From Candidatus Bathyarchaeota archaeon (GTDB lineage Archaea > Thermoproteota > Bathyarchaeia > Bathyarchaeales > Bathycorpusculaceae), in contig CAWHVC010000001.1 in assembly GCA_963832745.1 (NCBI GenBank), forward strand, positions 128,001-192,000: DNA of 64,000 nt, written 5' to 3'. The translations under genes were made by a program, and so were the position numbers. The notes beneath the pieces were generated by a model, which worked only from the letters and a program-made list of their open reading frames with translations, was not told where the DNA came from and ran no database searches. This document shows positions 61,238-64,000 of the stretch, in pieces. Each line of letters starts with the position of its first letter. Positions within the stretch are counted from its first letter, which is position 1.

Positions 61238-62461
61238 ATGCAAAGATCCTACTCACGATTACTCGGCGTAATAGGCAAACCAAACACGGGAAAATCAACC
61301 TTCTTCAGCGCCGCAACTCTCGCGACAGCTGATATAGCAAATTACCCATTCACAACCATCAAACCAAACAGGGGCGTAGGCTACGTAAGAACCCCCTGCG
61401 TCCACGAAGAATTCAAAGTACAAGATAATCCGCGAAACTCACTATGCTTAGACGGTACACGGTTGGTCCCAATAGAATTAATCGACGTTGCCGGAATAGT
61501 GCCCGGTGCATGGGAAGGACGCGGCTTAGGCAACCAGTTCCTGGACGAAATCCGCAGAGCCGATGCGCTTATACACATTGTTGACGCTTCTGGCGGAACA
61601 GACTGTGAAGGCAAAAGCTGCAAACCTGGCGAACACGACCCATTGGAAGATGTTCAGTTTCTTGAACGGGAAATCACCATGTGGATGCTTACAATTCTCA
61701 AGAAGGATTGGGCTAAGGTTGCACGCACTGCAGAAGCCGACAAAAAAGGCATCGCTTCACATTTGGAAGAGCGGTTAACTGGTTTAGGTATAAAACGAAC
61801 AAGTGTTGCCGAAGCAATTAGGCGATGTAACCTTAACGTTGATAAACCCGCCACATGGAGCGATGATGATTTCTACCGTTTTGTTGACACCTTAAGGCAT
61901 ATTTCAAAACCGATGCTTATCGTAGCTAACAAAATCGATTTACCCACAGCTCAAATAAATCTTGAAAGACTGAAAAAGCTTGATTACACTGTAATCCCCG
62001 CCTCAGCAGAAGCAGAACTAGCGTTAAGACGGGCCTCAGAAAAACAGTTAATCGATTACAAACCTGGCGACAAAGACTTCAAAATCCTTCAGCCAGACAA
62101 ACTTTCAGCTGGACAAATCAAAGCCTTAGAATCCATTAAAGAAAAGATTCTCACAACAAACGGTTCCACGGGAGTTCAGGAAGCCATCAACAATGCTTAC
62201 TTTAAACTGCTTGACATGATAACCGTTTACCCTGTTGAAGACCTTGAACATTTAGCTGATCACAACGGACGTGTCCTACCCGATGCTTATCTGGTTCCTA
62301 ACGGAACAACTGCACACCAATTCGCCTACGTTATTCACACTGAGCTTGGTGAAAACTTTCTTTATGCTGTTGACGCTAGGGATAAACGGCGAATAGGCGA
62401 GGATGCCGTGTTAAAAGACCGTGACGTTATCTCGGTTGTTAGCGCTAAAAAACGCGCTTAA
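61238..62461 (+). CDS. ychF: Obg-family YchF-type GTPase/ATPase (archaeal), TGS domain
   Basis: GKPNTGKST, NYPFTT, DVAG, GLGNQFL, ANKID. Confidence 0.93.
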   Translation: MQRSYSRLLGVIGKPNTGKSTFFSAATLATADIANYPFTTIKPNRGVGYVRTPCVHEEFKVQDNPRNSLCLDGTRLVPIELIDVAGIVPGAWEGRGLGNQFLDEIRRADALIHIVDASGGTDCEGKSCKPGEHDPLEDVQFLEREITMWMLTILKKDWAKVARTAEADKKGIASHLEERLTGLGIKRTSVAEAIRRCNLNVDKPATWSDDDFYRFVDTLRHISKPMLIVANKIDLPTAQINLERLKKLDYTVIPASAEAELALRRASEKQLIDYKPGDKDFKILQPDKLSAGQIKALESIKEKILTTNGSTGVQEAINNAYFKLLDMITVYPVEDLEHLADHNGRVLPDAYLVPNGTTAHQFAYVIHTELGENFLYAVDARDKRRIGEDAVLKDRDVISVVSAKKRA

Positions 62462-62482
62462 CCATCCTCTTATCTTTTGGAC

Positions 62483-63277
62483 TTATTTTCCGAATCGTCT
62501 TCTTCGATGCTGATAGATTCTTACTGCTCTTAATAGGTCAATTAAACGGAAATCTGGCCAGTAAACATCTAAAAAGAGCAGTTCACTGTAGGCTGCTTGC
62601 CAAAGTAGAAAACCGCTCAATCTTTCTTCTCCTGAGGTTCGAATAATCATGTCAGGGTCCTGTTTTGTCATGTGTGATGTGTACAGGTATTTTTCAAAGA
62701 TTGCCTCATTAATATCGTCGATTTGTAGACGGTTTTCTTTTATTTCTTTAGCAATTTTTTTGGAAGCATCAACAATTTCTGCCCTTCCGCCATAAGCAAA
62801 AGCGAAATTCCAGACGTAATTGTCATAATTTTCTGTTGCTTTCTCAACCTCTGAAATTGCTTTTTGAAGGCTTGCGGGTAGAAGATTTGTTCGACCGATT
62901 ACTTTTACGTGGACCTTATTCTTGTGAACTCTTTCATCGGTTAGAAGCTTTTTGAATCTTTCTTCAGCTATTTGCATTATTTTTAAGACTTCATCTGATT
63001 GCCTTGAAAAGTTCTCGGTTGAAAACGTGTATAGCGTCACGTATTTGACGTCAAGAAGGCTGCACCAGTCTAAAAGTTGCTCAACAGTATCTGCGCCTTG
63101 CTTGTGGCCCCACTTGTCTGTAAGCCAAGGACTTTTCTCTTGCTCATTTGCCCAACGTCTGTTGCCGTCTAAGATTATGGCGATGTGTTCAGGTCTTTGA
63201 CCATTTTTAATTTGGTACCATAACCATCGTTCATAAACTTTGTAAGCGCCAATTACTGCAAGTATGTTCTTAAGCAC
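62483..63277 (-). CDS. uppS: cis-prenyltransferase (polyprenyl diphosphate synthase)
   Basis: HIAIILDGNRRWA, FSTENF.R, YGGRAEI, IRTSGEERLSGFLLWQ. Confidence 0.96.
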   Translation of the reverse strand: MLKNILAVIGAYKVYERWLWYQIKNGQRPEHIAIILDGNRRWANEQEKSPWLTDKWGHKQGADTVEQLLDWCSLLDVKYVTLYTFSTENFSRQSDEVLKIMQIAEERFKKLLTDERVHKNKVHVKVIGRTNLLPASLQKAISEVEKATENYDNYVWNFAFAYGGRAEIVDASKKIAKEIKENRLQIDDINEAIFEKYLYTSHMTKQDPDMIIRTSGEERLSGFLLWQAAYSELLFLDVYWPDFRLIDLLRAVRIYQHRRRRFGK

Positions 63278-63379
63278 TGTTCAGCCTCATGTTAGACATG
63301 CTAAATGAATTATTTACTATTAATTATTATGTTAAGCCTAAGTTGGTAAAATTAAAGATTGCTATATTCAACGTTTAAT

Positions 63380-64000
63380 TTAGGTAATGACCTCTTTCTG
63401 TTCAACTTCGTCTTCTTCTGACTTTTTGAAGAAACCTGTCGAGGACCGATTAATGATTGTAATCAGCAGAATTGAAGCTATTCCGATGAGTATCCCGACT
63501 ACGATTGACCAGATGAAGTTTGTGAAAAATTCGTTCTGGAAACCTATCGGTATAGGCTGTGTTTGCTGAAGTAAACTTGCTGTGCTGTACAGAATCATTC
63601 TTGCCCAAGCAACTTCCACAATCAAAGCTATGGTTCTGAGCAGTTTGGGGTCTCTTTCAAAGTATAGTCTTAAGCTTCTGCCGACTAAAACTAGAATTGC
63701 GCCAACAATCACTAGGTCCATTATGCCTTTGATAAAAGTCGCCGTTATTCCCGGAATTAAACCTAACCAGCCAGCCAAATCTGCGGGTGTAGGCGGCAAA
63801 TTGACATTAACATTTTGAATACCTAAATAAACGCTCACTGCAATACAAAGAATTCCAGCTATTATCGTATAATTAGAAATTTGCATAGGTAAAGGAGGTG
63901 GCGAGTATTCACGAACCCACGTGTAAAGGTTTTTAACTGCCTTGTCAACGCCAAAACCTTTCAGCAGCAAAAAGCTGCCGACAATTATGACTATTGTGAT
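63380..64000 (-). CDS. DUF373-like membrane protein (partial, runs off the window)
   Basis: Polytopic membrane ORF upstream of uppS; LLKGFGVD motif. Family assigned mainly from archaeal gene order. Confidence 0.6.
   Translation of the reverse strand: MTIVIIVGSFLLLKGFGVDKAVKNLYTWVREYSPPPLPMQISNYTIIAGILCIAVSVYLGIQNVNVNLPPTPADLAGWLGLIPGITATFIKGIMDLVIVGAILVLVGRSLRLYFERDPKLLRTIALIVEVAWARMILYSTASLLQQTQPIPIGFQNEFFTNFIWSIVVGILIGIASILLITIINRSSTGFFKKSEEDEVEQKEVIT

Overview
Archaeal chromosomal window, most likely Bathyarchaeia. This is an inference from rpl38e, the DUF373-uppS-ychF block, GGTGA Shine-Dalgarno motifs and many C-terminally anchored PQQ/Kelch/beta-helix surface proteins. Housekeeping flanks are a complex-I-like nuoKLMN operon plus an ABC importer on the left, and padR, apt, mtnP, rpl38e, ychF and uppS on the right. 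Between them lies a large accessory zone. (1) A ~6.9 kb element (10.85-17.76 kb) is bounded by a 37-bp direct repeat near tRNA-Val(CAC). It carries two back-to-back tyrosine recombinases, an HTH gene, a Zn-ribbon/PD-(D/E)XK protein and a ~400-nt GC-rich, heavily base-paired non-coding region. (2) An ~18.6 kb integrase-free island starts at tRNA-Phe(GAA) and is cut into three functional modules by three further copies of the tRNA-Phe 3' end, resembling a tRNA-anchored cassette array. Outside the islands there is a ~167-nt candidate ncRNA with a 10-bp pseudoknot next to apt, and a dispersed CCTACCCCC-rich repeat upstream of two surface-protein genes. Many single-base frameshifts, also in core genes, suggest long-read indel errors, so pseudogene calls are limited to cases with nonsense codons or truncations.
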